The position numbers and the translations under genes were made by a program. 64,000 nucleotides of DNA from positions 2,604,001 to 2,668,000 of the forward strand of contig OZ361256.1 in the NCBI GenBank assembly GCA_977018835.1. The letters are read 5' to 3'. Of this stretch, positions 1-11,951 are shown in pieces; position 1 is the stretch's first letter; the number at the start of each line of letters is the position of its first letter. The notes below the pieces were generated by a model. That model had not been told where the DNA came from. It made no database searches and saw only the letters and a program-made list of their open reading frames with translations. Origin of the DNA: Minutocellus sp. GHC0000111. Its lineage: Eukaryota.

Positions 1-996
1 ATCCCAATGATGGTCGGCTACTTCATGTCCCTTTTGATAACCAAGATTCTCGCCGGGTTGCCCATGGTCATCTTGCGAACGGGCGCTTTGAGTAGAATGT
101 TTTTGCTTCGATCCTGCTTCAGCCGAGCCAAGTTGACTCAGCGAGAGCTTGACGAAGTCTATCGCAAGCAAACGGTATTTTATGGATGGGAGTACCCAAC
201 GCAGCTTCTCGTCATCATGATTGCATTTGCCTATGCCTGTATCTCGCCGGTCATTTTACCAGTTGCTGCGGCATACTTCTTGGGGGCGCTCATCGTTTAC
301 AAAAAACAGATATTATACGTCTATGCTCCCACTTATGAATCTGGCGGTCGGCTCTTTCCGATTGTTTGTGACCGGACTCTCGTTGGGCTCATCATCTCTC
401 AGCTTACCTTCATTGGCTACAGCCTCATTAGGAAGGGCAAGTGGCAACCGTTGTTTTTGGTACCACTGCCATTCATCACACTGTACATGATGTACTATTT
501 CCGCGCTCATTACGCCAATCCTAGCCTCAAGTTATCTTTGGAGAGAGCCATTGAGCTCGACCATCGCGCAGACATCAAGGCTTCTGGTGGCAGCGATGAT
601 GATGTGACCTACACGCCGAGCGCAGCTGCAACAAAACTCAAGGAAAAATTTAGCGAAGACTTCTACCGACAGCCCGTCCTCACAGCAGAGGCAGGTCGGC
701 CATTACCTTACCGTCGCAAGGACGGAGCGGATGAGTTGACAAAGATCGCCTGGAGTAAGCTCGATGGTGACACCTCACGCTACCAGCGCATGCTAGATGG
801 AAATAGAACGGGCACCACCAGTGGACTTAGGGCAGCGAAGGAGCAGAATTCAGGTCAGCGGCGGCTTGATGTTCACCGATCTTTGGTCGATAACTATTCT
901 CTCGATGAGGAACTCGATAGTGGTGTTTCTGGAGATGGCGCAAACGCTGATAAATCAGCAAAACAGGTCTCGTTTGGGCCCCGAGAAATCGTTTAG
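1..996 (+). CDS. OSCA/CSC1/TMEM63 (DUF221) stress-gated cation channel, 3' part; runs off the window start
   Basis: YGWEYPTQLLVIMIAFAYACISPVILP..YF..IVYKKQILYVYAPTYESGG matches the RSN1_7TM C-terminal pattern; the frame is open to the window edge; TAG ends at 996. Confidence 0.85.
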   Translation: MPMMVGYFMSLLITKILAGLPMVILRTGALSRMFLLRSCFSRAKLTQRELDEVYRKQTVFYGWEYPTQLLVIMIAFAYACISPVILPVAAAYFLGALIVYKKQILYVYAPTYESGGRLFPIVCDRTLVGLIISQLTFIGYSLIRKGKWQPLFLVPLPFITLYMMYYFRAHYANPSLKLSLERAIELDHRADIKASGGSDDDVTYTPSAAATKLKEKFSEDFYRQPVLTAEAGRPLPYRRKDGADELTKIAWSKLDGDTSRYQRMLDGNRTGTTSGLRAAKEQNSGQRRLDVHRSLVDNYSLDEELDSGVSGDGANADKSAKQVSFGPREIV

Positions 997-1109
997 TAAT
1001 CGCCTACTAGCATTGCCGGGAAATTTTTGGATAAGATATCTAGATTCTCTACACATTATTGGATTCTCTACAATCACACAAACCTCGATCAACGGTCAAT
1101 AGTCAAGTA

Positions 1110-2693
1110 CTAATGTCCACCTCCCCCACCTTTGCTGACCGATGGATATACAACGCCAAAAGTGCCCATCATTACCAAAGCATTGCCGATCCACCCAAGT
1201 GGCCCTGGCAGTAACCCAACTTTCAACTCAAAGGCGATGAATGACGCTATCATTGGCTCTAGCAACGTGGCCACACTAATGACGATATTGTCGAAGCTCA
1301 CCATTGCCTTGATGAAGCCCATTGTCCCCAATACATTGCAAATCACTACAATCCAGATTTCCACCAAGATTCGATCTGGCTGCCATGCCATCCACCCAAA
1401 GAGGCCGTGGTAGGGATCCGCACTGAAGCTGATATTGAGATCTGAGCATATCATGAACAGAAGGACGAGGAATGATCCGCAGATCATGTTGAGACACATG
1501 AAGATTGTTACTGGCAAGGAAGGCCTGACTGCTTTAGCGAAGGTTAGGTAGCCAACGCCAAAAATTGCAGAAAGGAAAGCAAGACCGTCGCCCAATAGGG
1601 CATGTTCTCCGTCCTCCGAAGATCCCTCACTATCCCTCGAGCACAGCATAGCACAAATAAATGCCAGCAAGGCCCCACCTCCCTCCATCAGAACAACCGG
1701 TTCGCCCACGCAGGCCTTGCCCAGCAATAAAATTACCGCCTGCGAGTTGGCATAAATGACGGCATTGCCAATAGCTGTGTAGTCCAGAGCTACAAAGAAG
1801 AGCAATGTCTGAAAGCTGAAGCATACTACTGCAGACGCAAATGTGAGCCATTGACTTCGATTGAGTTTGGGTCGCTGTTCAGCATGAATCAAAGTTCGCA
1901 ACGCAAAAATGGATAGAAAGCCTCCTGTTGTCGTCATTCGCCAGTAGAGCTTCAGTGGTGGTGCTACACCACGAAGCAGTGCCAATGCACTTCCATTCGA
2001 GGACACGGCAAACACAGCTGTAAGAAGGGATATGAACGGCCACGCCATAGATGCAGGAACCTCCTTTACGACCTCAGCCGACGGCTGCTCAATGTCAGGC
2101 TTGGCAACCGATTGCTCCTTGCCCAACTCTACCTCAATGCCCGTGGCTTCCTCCACAAACTCTCCCAACTCTTCCGGCAAGGCAGATAACGCCCTTGTGA
2201 GATTTGTGTCAAGGAAATACGTTCGACCATCATCTGCCTGCTGAAGCTCGTTGATGAACGCGTCCTTTACTTCCTCTGCAGCTTCTTCAACATCCTCCTT
2301 GATGACGGCCAAGCCATGGGATATACTTCCTGATACGCTCGAGTAAATCTGGCTCAGACTGCCACCAACATTGTTATTGGCCGATCGGGCCAATGTTGGT
2401 CTTGTTTTGCTCTGTGATTTCTTTGCGCCTGAGATGAGTGATGAAACGTAGGATTTGAACTTCTTCTTTTTCTTCTTGCTGGCAAAACTACTTGCTGCCA
2501 TATTGTCTCTTTTATCGTCATTAGATCCCTCGCCTGATGATTCTGTCGCCTCTTGCTCCAGAGGCAACTCGGAGTAACCAAAACTTTCCTGCTGTTCTTC
2601 GTCATTGTTGGCCGCATCATCGTCGTTTTCGGCATTGTTGTTGGGAAGCAACCTCGATGCTTCGTTCACGGATTCACCAGTATCTTTGCTCAT
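1110..2693 (-). CDS. DMT/EamA-family transporter with long acidic N-terminus
   Basis: 527 aa with about 10 hydrophobic helices; EamA-like ALDYTAIGNAVIYANSQ, LLGDGLAFLSA and ATLLEPMIAS segments. Confidence 0.8.
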   Translation of the reverse strand: MSKDTGESVNEASRLLPNNNAENDDDAANNDEEQQESFGYSELPLEQEATESSGEGSNDDKRDNMAASSFASKKKKKKFKSYVSSLISGAKKSQSKTRPTLARSANNNVGGSLSQIYSSVSGSISHGLAVIKEDVEEAAEEVKDAFINELQQADDGRTYFLDTNLTRALSALPEELGEFVEEATGIEVELGKEQSVAKPDIEQPSAEVVKEVPASMAWPFISLLTAVFAVSSNGSALALLRGVAPPLKLYWRMTTTGGFLSIFALRTLIHAEQRPKLNRSQWLTFASAVVCFSFQTLLFFVALDYTAIGNAVIYANSQAVILLLGKACVGEPVVLMEGGGALLAFICAMLCSRDSEGSSEDGEHALLGDGLAFLSAIFGVGYLTFAKAVRPSLPVTIFMCLNMICGSFLVLLFMICSDLNISFSADPYHGLFGWMAWQPDRILVEIWIVVICNVLGTMGFIKAMVSFDNIVISVATLLEPMIASFIAFELKVGLLPGPLGWIGNALVMMGTFGVVYPSVSKGGGGGH

Positions 2694-2972
2694 CTTTCTC
2701 GTTATGGCTTGGGTGCAGTAGTGAAGGCAAAGAGATACTGCAGCTGTGTGTAGTCATCAATCTTTCGCTTACCAATTGGTATTGCAAATGCAACAAGCCA
2801 AGGCAGTGCTTCCGGTTCGGCGGATTGCATCGCGGTGGTAAATAGATGCGGATCTTTTTCTGACGACGGACGGACAAAAGATACTTGCGATTGCACGCAC
2901 ATCATGCACAAAGCAAGCTCAGTCATCCCGAACCCTGCCCAATCATGAGCGCCCGAGGACCAACAAAGCAAG

Positions 2973-3974
2973 ATGAACGACGGCACTCCACTTCTTCGAC
3001 GAGCATCTCCACCAAGTGAAGGCGTATCATCAGAAGATTCGACGTCTAATGAGAATGAAGTCCCAACAAAAGGAATGAAGCACATTCGTTCACTTCTCAT
3101 CCGAAGAGGATCCTCCATAGTCGAGCCATTTGCTGATGGAACTGGTTCTTATCAGAGCATCAAATCGGGTCTCACAACGATTGTTATTGTTGGAACTCTG
3201 ATTGGTTTGTTTATGCCCAAGAACATGAACCTGCCGACGCCATGGTATCGAGTTCTCAGCAGCGCAATCGGCTACACCTACTTTCTGGCCTGGTCGGTCT
3301 CATTCTCCCCATAAGTGGTTCAAAATTTCAAGCGAAAGTCTACCGTTGGGCTCAGTACAGATTTTACCGTCATCAATCACTTTGGGTATATATGCTACAC
3401 GTGCTACATCTCGTCATTGTATTGGTCGTCTTAAATTCAAGAGGAGTATAGAAAAAGATATGGTCCAGATGCAAAGAACACGGTACAATCAAACGACGCG
3501 GCATTTGCCATTCATGCTCTAATAACCAGTTTCATTTGGGTGGCTCAGATATATCGCTACGATGGATTCAAAACGCAGCCATTATCCAGGCCATTCCAAA
3601 TTTTTCTGCTAACCATGTGTAGCATCTGCATTTTGTTTGCGTTGGCAATTCAATTGGAGATCGGAGACTATGAATGGCTTAATTTCATGTATCTATTGTC
3701 TGGAGTGAAGGTTCTTATTACAATAAGAAAATATGTGCCCCAGGTATTATTGAATTATCGGAGAAAGTCAACGGAAGGCTGGAGTCCATGGAACGTGACC
3801 CTGGATATCAGTGGTGGAGGATTAAGCTTATTGCAGCTTATATTGGACTCGATCGATCTAAAGGATTGGAGCGGTGTGACGGGCAACCTAGCGAAATTGG
3901 GGCTATCGCTGGTGACGATATTTTTCAACATCATCTTTCTTACTCAGCAGTACATTCTGTATCCTCGGCAATGA
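2973..3974 (+). pseudogene. CTNS: Cystinosin-like PQ-loop transporter interrupted by two in-frame TAA (3312-3314, 3432-3434)
   Basis: One continuous frame: [32 protein letters not shown]...YWSS*IQEEYRKRY...VQSNDAAFAIHA...KYVPQVLLNYRRKSTEGWS...GNLAKLGL. Both PQ loops are recognisable. Confidence 0.8.
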
Positions 3975-3996
3975 TAATACATTTACTGTAAATGGT

Positions 3997-5094
3997 TTAC
4001 AGCTTACTAATCGGCACATCACCATCGCTCGGACTTCGGTTCTTGGTCACAGCTTTCACGAATCGATCTCTCCATTGTCTGTCGAATCCAATAATATCCA
4101 GATATCCTGGATTGATTGAGCCATATTGAGCACGAATCCATGCCAGAGTCTCAATCATAGCCTCCTTCGGTGCACCAGAGAACACTGATCGATCGAGCTT
4201 GCCCTTCTTCTTCACTTTGCCCCCAAATTGGTCAGCTGCCGCCGATCCCTCGTCTCTCTTTCTCAGAGCATCCGACAAATGATAATCTGCAATGATTTCT
4301 TCGTCACTGAGACCAATCATGGATTGGCAAAGCATGATAAGTAAACCAGTTCTGTCCTTGCCCTGAACGCAATGAACGGCGCATGCTCCATCAACATTAC
4401 CCTCCAAGTATTCTGTGATGGCTATCAAGCCGGCCCTTAGCTCCTCTCCACTTGTAGATATTATCGCTTCGTATAGCCCAGCAAGTCCCTTCTCGTTTAG
4501 CACATCCATTCGCAACTCATGGAGCTTGTTCCCATCAATTGCATAGTACATTGCTGCCAACGCCTTTTGTGACGGGCTCATCCACTGATTGGTCAGGTGA
4601 CCAAATAATCGGGAGGGCGATAGCACGTCGATTCGCAAGACCCGACGTTTGTCTTGGTTTGTACCTGATAAGGAGCTGGCGCGTTCAAAATCTTCAGCGA
4701 CAAAGCCTCCATTCGGTGCACATTCCATCCACCTTCTTGCACTTGCTTCGTCTCTTTCACTTTGTGACCTCAGATCGAGGATGAGACCAGCTCGGTTCAA
4801 CAATATTTCTGCTGGGCTATCGTCAATACATTGTACTGGTTTAGCCGCATCTTCAAATACCTTGGCCAAACCATCGGTGGAAGCACATCGATAAATGCCT
4901 GGCAGTGACGCGGCCTGGCGAAAGTTCTTTACCACAGAGTCGGCGGTCTCGGCATGGTCATCAGAACCGCCTCGCAACTGCTGTTGAATATTTGTAGTCA
5001 TTTGACGGGATGGTGTCCTCCCGGGTGGAAATGCAACGCCAGAGGAGATCAGAAAGACGCAGAGAATCGGTCGGAGCATGTCTCTTCCTATCAT
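3997..5094 (-). CDS. Tyrosine/serine phosphatase (Y_phosphatase3/IphP-like), probable signal or plastid leader
   Basis: HCVQGKDRTG CX5R motif; YRCAS, ILDLRS and IIADYHLS segments; N-terminal hydrophobic stretch ending GVAF. Confidence 0.85.
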   Translation of the reverse strand: MIGRDMLRPILCVFLISSGVAFPPGRTPSRQMTTNIQQQLRGGSDDHAETADSVVKNFRQAASLPGIYRCASTDGLAKVFEDAAKPVQCIDDSPAEILLNRAGLILDLRSQSERDEASARRWMECAPNGGFVAEDFERASSLSGTNQDKRRVLRIDVLSPSRLFGHLTNQWMSPSQKALAAMYYAIDGNKLHELRMDVLNEKGLAGLYEAIISTSGEELRAGLIAITEYLEGNVDGACAVHCVQGKDRTGLLIMLCQSMIGLSDEEIIADYHLSDALRKRDEGSAAADQFGGKVKKKGKLDRSVFSGAPKEAMIETLAWIRAQYGSINPGYLDIIGFDRQWRDRFVKAVTKNRSPSDGDVPISKL

Positions 5095-5342
5095 TCGAGT
5101 ACTTGAGGAGTCCTCCCGTCTTCGACCAGTTGCCTCTGACGATGACGACCAGTTGTTGCAGAGGTTAAAAGGAGAAATCGAAAGGAGAAGAATGACACTA
5201 TGATCTGTCCGTCGTCAGAGGGACATGAGATTCCGAGCGAATCTTCGCTCGGTTCTCGATGGCGATTCGTTCATGATATAATGATAACACATGAGTCTTC
5301 GCTTCAGCCGTTATTTTAACCCTGAAAAAGCCATGCTTACTT

Positions 5343-6311
5343 TTACAAATCCGTATGGTGATGAATGTACTCTTCGCCATAGTCGTAGTCGGGACCATAT
5401 TTCAACGTCAGTCCGTCCTGAACCATTTCCCAGGCTTCAGTAATCCAAGGGATGGAACCAAACAGTACGCCCCAACACATTGGCATCCAAAGCAATGTAA
5501 TAAAAACAGAACAGTTTTGCCGTCCCTCCTTGGTCAGCAGCAGATCGTACGTCAAATGTGCCGCCGCCAGCGGGCCCAGTACTACCCTCATGGGCAGGTA
5601 AACCACCGCGTAAATGTACTCGGAATACACCAATGCGTTGTGAATCAGAGTCGATTCCGGATGAATCTTGACAGCAAACTTGAGGACGGCGTGCGTGTTC
5701 ATCAACGGGCTGGTCATTTCTCCCAAGAACATGAGGATCATGGCGCTCTGATGTCCGGCACCCTGCAGCAGCGCCGTGGTCATGTAGAACGTCGTGGCAA
5801 AGTGATGGCCGATGAACATGAGGTCGGCACTGCTCAGCATGGGCTTGCCCGCGGTGGCATCCCACGTATCAACGCACAGCATGATGGAATCGTACAGCAT
5901 GTATCCCGTGCAGAAGTGGATCAATGCCTTGGCGGCATCCTGCCACCAGACGGGTGAATCGGTCATCTTGCCGCTGGGTCGGTACGACGGTTTGGTGGTG
6001 AACAAACACGCACCCAGGGAAGGCACGAACAGGGCAGCCTGCAATCCCGACACGGCGCAGGCGGCGCTTTCGGCCGTCATTTTGGCGGTGGCCGGCCACT
6101 GGAACACATGGACGAAAATCCAATCCGAAAATTGCCTCGCCAGGAGCAGGACCGCCGTCGATGCCAAAATGTACGCCAGATTCAAGTGCGTGCCGGGTAT
6201 GTACAGCTTGGGACAGTTGCGGTATGTGCCGATCCAAAGATTCAGGATGGACGGTGGCTGTCCTCCACCGCCGTTGGCTGCCGCCGCTTTTTGTGTGGAG
6301 TCGGATCCCAT
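5343..6311 (-). CDS. TLC (TRAM/LAG1/CLN8) domain membrane protein, paralog A
   Basis: FCTGYMLYD, FIGHHFAT and MFLGEMTSPLMN TLC-type motifs; ATG at 6311; clear amino-acid paralog of 41372-42340. Confidence 0.75.
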   Translation of the reverse strand: MGSDSTQKAAAANGGGGQPPSILNLWIGTYRNCPKLYIPGTHLNLAYILASTAVLLLARQFSDWIFVHVFQWPATAKMTAESAACAVSGLQAALFVPSLGACLFTTKPSYRPSGKMTDSPVWWQDAAKALIHFCTGYMLYDSIMLCVDTWDATAGKPMLSSADLMFIGHHFATTFYMTTALLQGAGHQSAMILMFLGEMTSPLMNTHAVLKFAVKIHPESTLIHNALVYSEYIYAVVYLPMRVVLGPLAAAHLTYDLLLTKEGRQNCSVFITLLWMPMCWGVLFGSIPWITEAWEMVQDGLTLKYGPDYDYGEEYIHHHTDL

Positions 6312-6899
6312 GTTTGTTATGAGGAGAATGAATACAGTAAACGAATCAGTTGAATCTTCGTCAACCACAAACGATACGTACCGAAGGCCGAGCCGATGGT
6401 CTGCAACTGGGAAGAAAAGAGATTCAAGCAGAAAGTCAAACGGTGCGACTGACGATTGTCTTTCTGATCTACACAAATCTGACATCAATGTGACGTATTG
6501 GAAAGGGGCTTTTGTGTAAGGTCATGCCGCGGCGCGCCGGTGTCCCGTCTCATTTATTGGAAAGCGGAAGGGCCTGGTCGTGACCTGACCGGATGCGGAG
6601 CGAGCAGTCACGTCAGATGCACTTCGACGAAGGCATATCATTCAATCGGGTTGATTGTACATGTACCCCGCTCTTGCCGATTGGACCATAACCAGCAACC
6701 AGCAGCGCATTCTTGTTTGGACATTTCTTCCATTCGAAACGCGCGTATTTTTTCATTTCGAGCACATCTCGTGTATCGCGGGAGGGGGCAGTTTATTTTG
6801 TGTGAAAGCAAGAGTTGTTCGAACGCTTTAGAAGACCTTCTACTACATTGCATTGATTGATCAATTGACCATACACAAAACAGAAAACCGCCCCAAAAT

Positions 6900-9800
6900 A
6901 TGGACGGCGACGCCGGCGCTGCTGCCACTTCGACCCGCCGATCCCGCACGTCGGCCGCCCGGTCCTCCCGGGCCCGGTCCCGATCGCGCGAACGGGCCCA
7001 GGAGATGTCGGCCATGCTGGGCGACCACGACGCCGCATTAGCCGAGGCCGAACGCAAGGCCGCCGCCGCCAAGGAACGCCGCCGCGCTCGCAGCAAGAGC
7101 CGGGAGCGGTCGTCGGCCCTCGAGGACCGCATCGGCGGCAGGTCGGCCGAGCGGACCAGCGGGATGGACGGCAGCAACAGCGTCCGGTCGATGAGGCGCG
7201 ATCGGGCTCGGAGTCGAAGTCGGGAGAGGGTCAACGAGCTCGAGAAGGAGATTGAGGAGGCCGAGGCCAAGGCGGCGGCCGCCAAGGAACGTCGACGGGC
7301 GCGCAGCCGCAGCCGCGAGCGGACGATGGATCTGGAGCGCGCCCTGGACGACGAAGACGAGGGCGGAATGGCGTCTCCGTCGGCCAATCGATCGGTGCGC
7401 AGTGCCGCTGCGCGGAGCCGGGAGAGGGCGGCCGAGCTGGCCAAGGAGTTGGAGCGGGACGATGCCGCGGGGGCTGGACATGCTGCGCACGGCGGCGGCG
7501 GTCGGACCGGCGGTAGAGTCGGGGATGCAACTGATGAGCGCAGACAAAGAGCACGGAGTCGGAGCAAGGAGCGCGTGAGTGCCTTCGAGCAGCGGATCAA
7601 GGAACGAGAGGAACGGCAGAGGTTGCAGCAGGGTAAGTGAAGCCAAGCAGGTGCTATTGCTTTCGAAATGCCATATTTTGTCCTTCGTTCTGGTGAATGT
7701 TGCACACCTTGCTAACATGCATATGTTTATTTTTCGTTTGCGCAATCAATAGAAGCGGCCAAGTCCAGATCGCGGACAACTCCCAGCGACGCCCGGTCTC
7801 GCGACGGTGATACCCAGGCATCGGAGGAGTACGACAAGTTCAACGCCGACGCCGAGCTGCCCAAACGCCCCCCGATGCTCGAGCCCAGCGCCAAGGGCGA
7901 CAAGCCCGCCAGTCAGCTCAACATCTACAACAGCTTGGGGGGCATTAGTGCCATCAGCGACGTGAGTGACAGTGCCACCGAGGACATGACCGATGCAAGT
8001 GCCGCCGACCATCATGCTCATCATCATCATGGCAGGTCCAGTGGGGTTCGTGGTGGAAGTTTGGCGAGTCGAGGGTCGTCGTCTAGGGCCGGTGGTGGCA
8101 GCGGTGGCGGCCGGGTTGGTGCATCTGGGAGCTCTGGCGGCGGCGGAGGAGGAGGCGGTGAGCAGCAGTTCAGTCCCAACCTCCCACCCAACCTTCACAC
8201 CAGCCTGGCCAAGTGCGACTGGCCGGCCTTCCATCGGGCTCTGCAGCATCTGTCGCAAAGTCCGTCTCTCATCATTCCCAGTGTCAGTATGACCGACCCC
8301 GAGAATCCCAATGATAGCACCACGCCTCTGCATACTGCCTGCTGGAAGGCCCCACCGACACTGGCTCTGATGCTCATCCGACTCCTGCCCAGCAGTCGGG
8401 AGCTGAGCGGTATCTTCACCGCCCGCGATGGTGATGACAATACCGCTCTGCATTTGTGCTGTGCCAATCTTGAGCGCATGGCGGATGGAGATTCCGGCGG
8501 TGCGAGTGGCGGAGTCAACACGTCGGTACTGGAGGCTCTTGTGAGGGCCGCTCCAAGGGCGCTCAGGATGCAGAACGCCGAGGGCGACACCCCTTTGCAG
8601 ATGCTGGTGAGCAGCCCGGCTTGTTTGCCCAAGACATGGAATCTGCCCCCTGAATCACGAGAGTACGATGCAGCTGGAGCTAGCTCTGAACGTGTTTTGA
8701 ATTTGCTTTTGGATGCCGCCGGTGGTGACGAAGCGACCATTATGAAGGACATGACAGGCGCGAGCCCACTTCACGTCGCCATTGCCGCTGGAGCTCATGG
8801 CCGCGTGATTGACACCCTGATTGCGGCAGCCCCCCAGGCTCTCAAGATGCCCGACAATCGTGGCATGCTTCCCATGCATTATGTCCCTGCATTTTGTCAC
8901 ACACCAATGGCATCAGTGAAGCGCATGCTGGAGATGTATGGCGATGCGCTCTTTGCTCACACAACGAACGGAGATACCCCGCTGCATCTACTGGTGTCCA
9001 ACTCTAGCAATATCGTGCAAGCCAAGAGCAACGGGACCGGCGACGACTCCAAGGATGAGGGACCCAAGCTGGATCGAAACATGGTTCGAATTGTCGAGGC
9101 ACTTATGGGCCCTGCAGATGGTGGCCGTAGCCCACTAATCATGACGAACCGGGAGAAGCTTACACCATTGCATTGTTGTGCGTTATTTGATGCCCCTCCT
9201 CGACTCACTCAATTGCTCATGACACATCCAGCTGCGAAGGAGGCATCCGCTATGGCTAATTCATTCGGTGCAACTCCATTACATCTGGCGTCGGCCCAAC
9301 CTGGTGTGGCTCAGTCCATTGCTACGGTACTTGCCGTCGGTACCCCAGAGGCTGCGGCTGTCAAGGACCGGCTCAAGCGCACACCCTTGCACGTAGCTTC
9401 CCAGAATGTTCATGCGACACCCTATCTGATCAAAGCCCTGGCACAGCTACATCCACAGGCGACGGCCGAAAAGACGCAGCGGGGACACCTGCCACTCCAT
9501 TTAGCGGCCCAGTCGCAGGCGAAGGAAACTGTCATCAAAGCTCTGATCAAGGCCTACCCCAAGGCTACCCAAGCGAAGAACAAGAGCAGCAATACTCCCT
9601 TGCACGATGCCGCCAAGTATCGTGCCTCTGTTGGAGCGGTGAAACTTTTGCTAGATACTTATCCGGATGCAGTCTATATCCAGAACCAGTACGGTAACCT
9701 GCCAATTCACTGCGCCTGTGCCTACCAAGCTCCCAAGGATGTTGTCAGTCTTCTCCTCGGCGCCTACCCCCAGGGCGCAAGCACCCAGAATCGCAACCGC

Positions 9801-9989
9801 GACACGCCGATCCATTACACTGCAGCATATGCCACCGACCCCGCTACCGTCAACCCCTTGATTGATGCTGCCCCAGGAGCGCTGCTTTCAGTCAACAGTT
9901 CTGGGCAGACGCCGATCGATCGAGCCAAGGCGAACAATGCACCGAATGAGATTATTGCACTGCTGGAGGAGCGCGCTGCAGAAGCGTAG
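6900..9989 (+). CDS. Ankyrin-repeat protein with N-terminal (R)ARSRSRER repeats; join(6900..7632,7753..9989), about 989 aa
   Basis: Intron GTAAGT at 7633 to TAG at 7752 keeps the frame; more than 12 TPLH/LPLH ankyrin motifs. Confidence 0.85.
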
Positions 9990-10227
9990 TAGGCGTCAGG
10001 TGCTGCCAAAGCTATGCAAGAAGATAGTTGGGGAGAGGGAGAGTTTGATAATGCTCGGCCTTTCGATGAATCAAATTGTAATTTATATGTAGAATTTCTA
10101 ATTGATATTCCTATGCCTAAAATGTTCTGCAAGACACATGCCGAATTTTCTGCCTTCAGGCACTAAACTCTAAATGAATCGGCACTTGTCACTTTCCTCT
10201 TGTTGTGCCAGCCCGTCCTTGTTATCA

Positions 10228-11685
10228 TCACTCGATAACAATGACCTCGCCGTCGCCATTGCCGCCACCATTTCCACCTTGCTCGTCATCTGAATGGAGA
10301 AGATCGATGACTTCGCCAACTTTGCGAGTAGATTTCTTGCCTCCCTTGGCAAGCAATCTCATTGCGTGGGAAAAGACTGGCATCGAACAGCTGAAGCCAT
10401 CCCAATCCTCGCCGGCATAATCACCAACATCTTGATCATAGTACCCAGTATCGTCGCCGATCCACTTGAGCTCGTTCAGCGGTAGAGCTGTGGCCAAAAG
10501 GGCCAGAAGAAATTGATCGGGGCTGGTACTGCCGAGCCCGAGCTTCTGGAGGACATCACGGAAGCAACGAGTGGAAGCCTCCGTCTCGACGCCAGACTCT
10601 TCGCCGAGCCCAAGCCGAAGTAACTTGGATGGGACCTTGCCAGAGCCTAACTGAACGCAAACATTCAAGCCACCCCATCCGCATCCGTCGGCCGCAACGT
10701 CGTAGTGATCCACCGAGATAGTAACAACATCGTTAGTAAGACCGCTGACCCCCTCGGTGGAAAGGTTGAACGAGATGAGGCAGTTTTTCGATGTCATCTC
10801 GGCACCAAATCCGTAGTCGTCGAAGTCATCTTCGTCATCTCCCCCCATTCCTCCAGAGCCGGTCTCATAGATGACACGGGCTTTGGACAGAGCTTTGGCA
10901 AGCTCGTCGGTAATACCAGGGATGTCCTCACGCCTAGTGAGGTCCTTGGGGCCCGAATACGCTGAAAGCGAAGGTGCACCGTTGGCATAACGATACAGGT
11001 CCCTACCGTGTTCGAGCCGTTCATGCATGCGAATGTCGACGAGGCTTCCGGATAGGTCACAGTCCTTGCACCTGTAAACAAGACCTGTGGGGCAAAGGCT
11101 CGGCGACTGGGACTGCCCGTTTCCCAAGCGAGCCTTCTTGTCCGCCGGAGGACGGTCCTTGGAACAGGGAACGCAGATCCGCTCGTAGAGCTTGGGGTCG
11201 GCATGTCCCGTCATCTTGTCGCATTGAACGCATGCTTTGCCACGGAGGCAGCTGATCATCTTCTTGTAACCGATCCGATCGATGAGCTCCTTGGAAGGGT
11301 TGCGAATGCAGTCGGGGATAGTCTTCGAGATTTGCTGCTTCTGCTTGTAAGCGTCGAGGATGGGCATAATGATGTCACCCTCGCCTTTCCTCTGCGCTGC
11401 AGTGAGACCCTGAATAGTGTCACCGAAGGCATGCTTCCAGATACCATTATCCCCACAGAGTTTGGAGACGGTCTTGTTGGCGATGGAAAGACGACCGCAT
11501 TCACGAAGGGATAAAAGTTTGTGCTTGGAACTCGTGGCATGAAGCTTGAGGAGGACGTCGAGGGCCTCGATCTCGAGAGGCAGCGGAGCCTCGGTCGTGT
11601 CGGACTTGTTGGGCTGGTGGGACTGCTTGCCAGCGCCATCGTCGGTGGCCTTGTCCGGAGCTTTGCTGCTACTGGTAGAACTCAT
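10228..11685 (-). CDS. Hypothetical protein with F-box-like segment and Cys/His zinc-binding motifs
   Basis: LSLRECGRLSIANKTVSKLCGDNGIWK is F-box-like; CVQC...CVPC and CKDC-x12-HERLEH (C2H2-like); ATG at 11685. Confidence 0.55.
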   Translation of the reverse strand: MSSTSSSKAPDKATDDGAGKQSHQPNKSDTTEAPLPLEIEALDVLLKLHATSSKHKLLSLRECGRLSIANKTVSKLCGDNGIWKHAFGDTIQGLTAAQRKGEGDIIMPILDAYKQKQQISKTIPDCIRNPSKELIDRIGYKKMISCLRGKACVQCDKMTGHADPKLYERICVPCSKDRPPADKKARLGNGQSQSPSLCPTGLVYRCKDCDLSGSLVDIRMHERLEHGRDLYRYANGAPSLSAYSGPKDLTRREDIPGITDELAKALSKARVIYETGSGGMGGDDEDDFDDYGFGAEMTSKNCLISFNLSTEGVSGLTNDVVTISVDHYDVAADGCGWGGLNVCVQLGSGKVPSKLLRLGLGEESGVETEASTRCFRDVLQKLGLGSTSPDQFLLALLATALPLNELKWIGDDTGYYDQDVGDYAGEDWDGFSCSMPVFSHAMRLLAKGGKKSTRKVGEVIDLLHSDDEQGGNGGGNGDGEVIVIE

Positions 11686-11951
11686 TTGAGGGTCGTAGTG
11701 GCGTGGGTGATTGAGAGTCCGATGGTACGGGTAGACCGGTAGGAGCCGACGGAAAGATACGCCCGCGCCCAGGCAGAGCAGCAAACTGAAGAATGAGGCG
11801 TCTTGCTTCGCCCGTTCGCCGAAAATTCCCTTGAGCAGACGACGTGGCGCAAACCGCCACAGCCAGATCGCGGACAATGCTCATGACGGACTCGGCAACG
11901 GTAGCATCTTCAAGATTTCATCGGGCTGCTAGCCACAAGAGATCACCGAGG

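Noticed and set aside
6638..8453. Long antisense ORFs (also 50257-51363, 46670-47515, 26655-27398 and others)
   Set aside because: Shadows of GC-rich or repetitive sense genes; no recognisable motifs.
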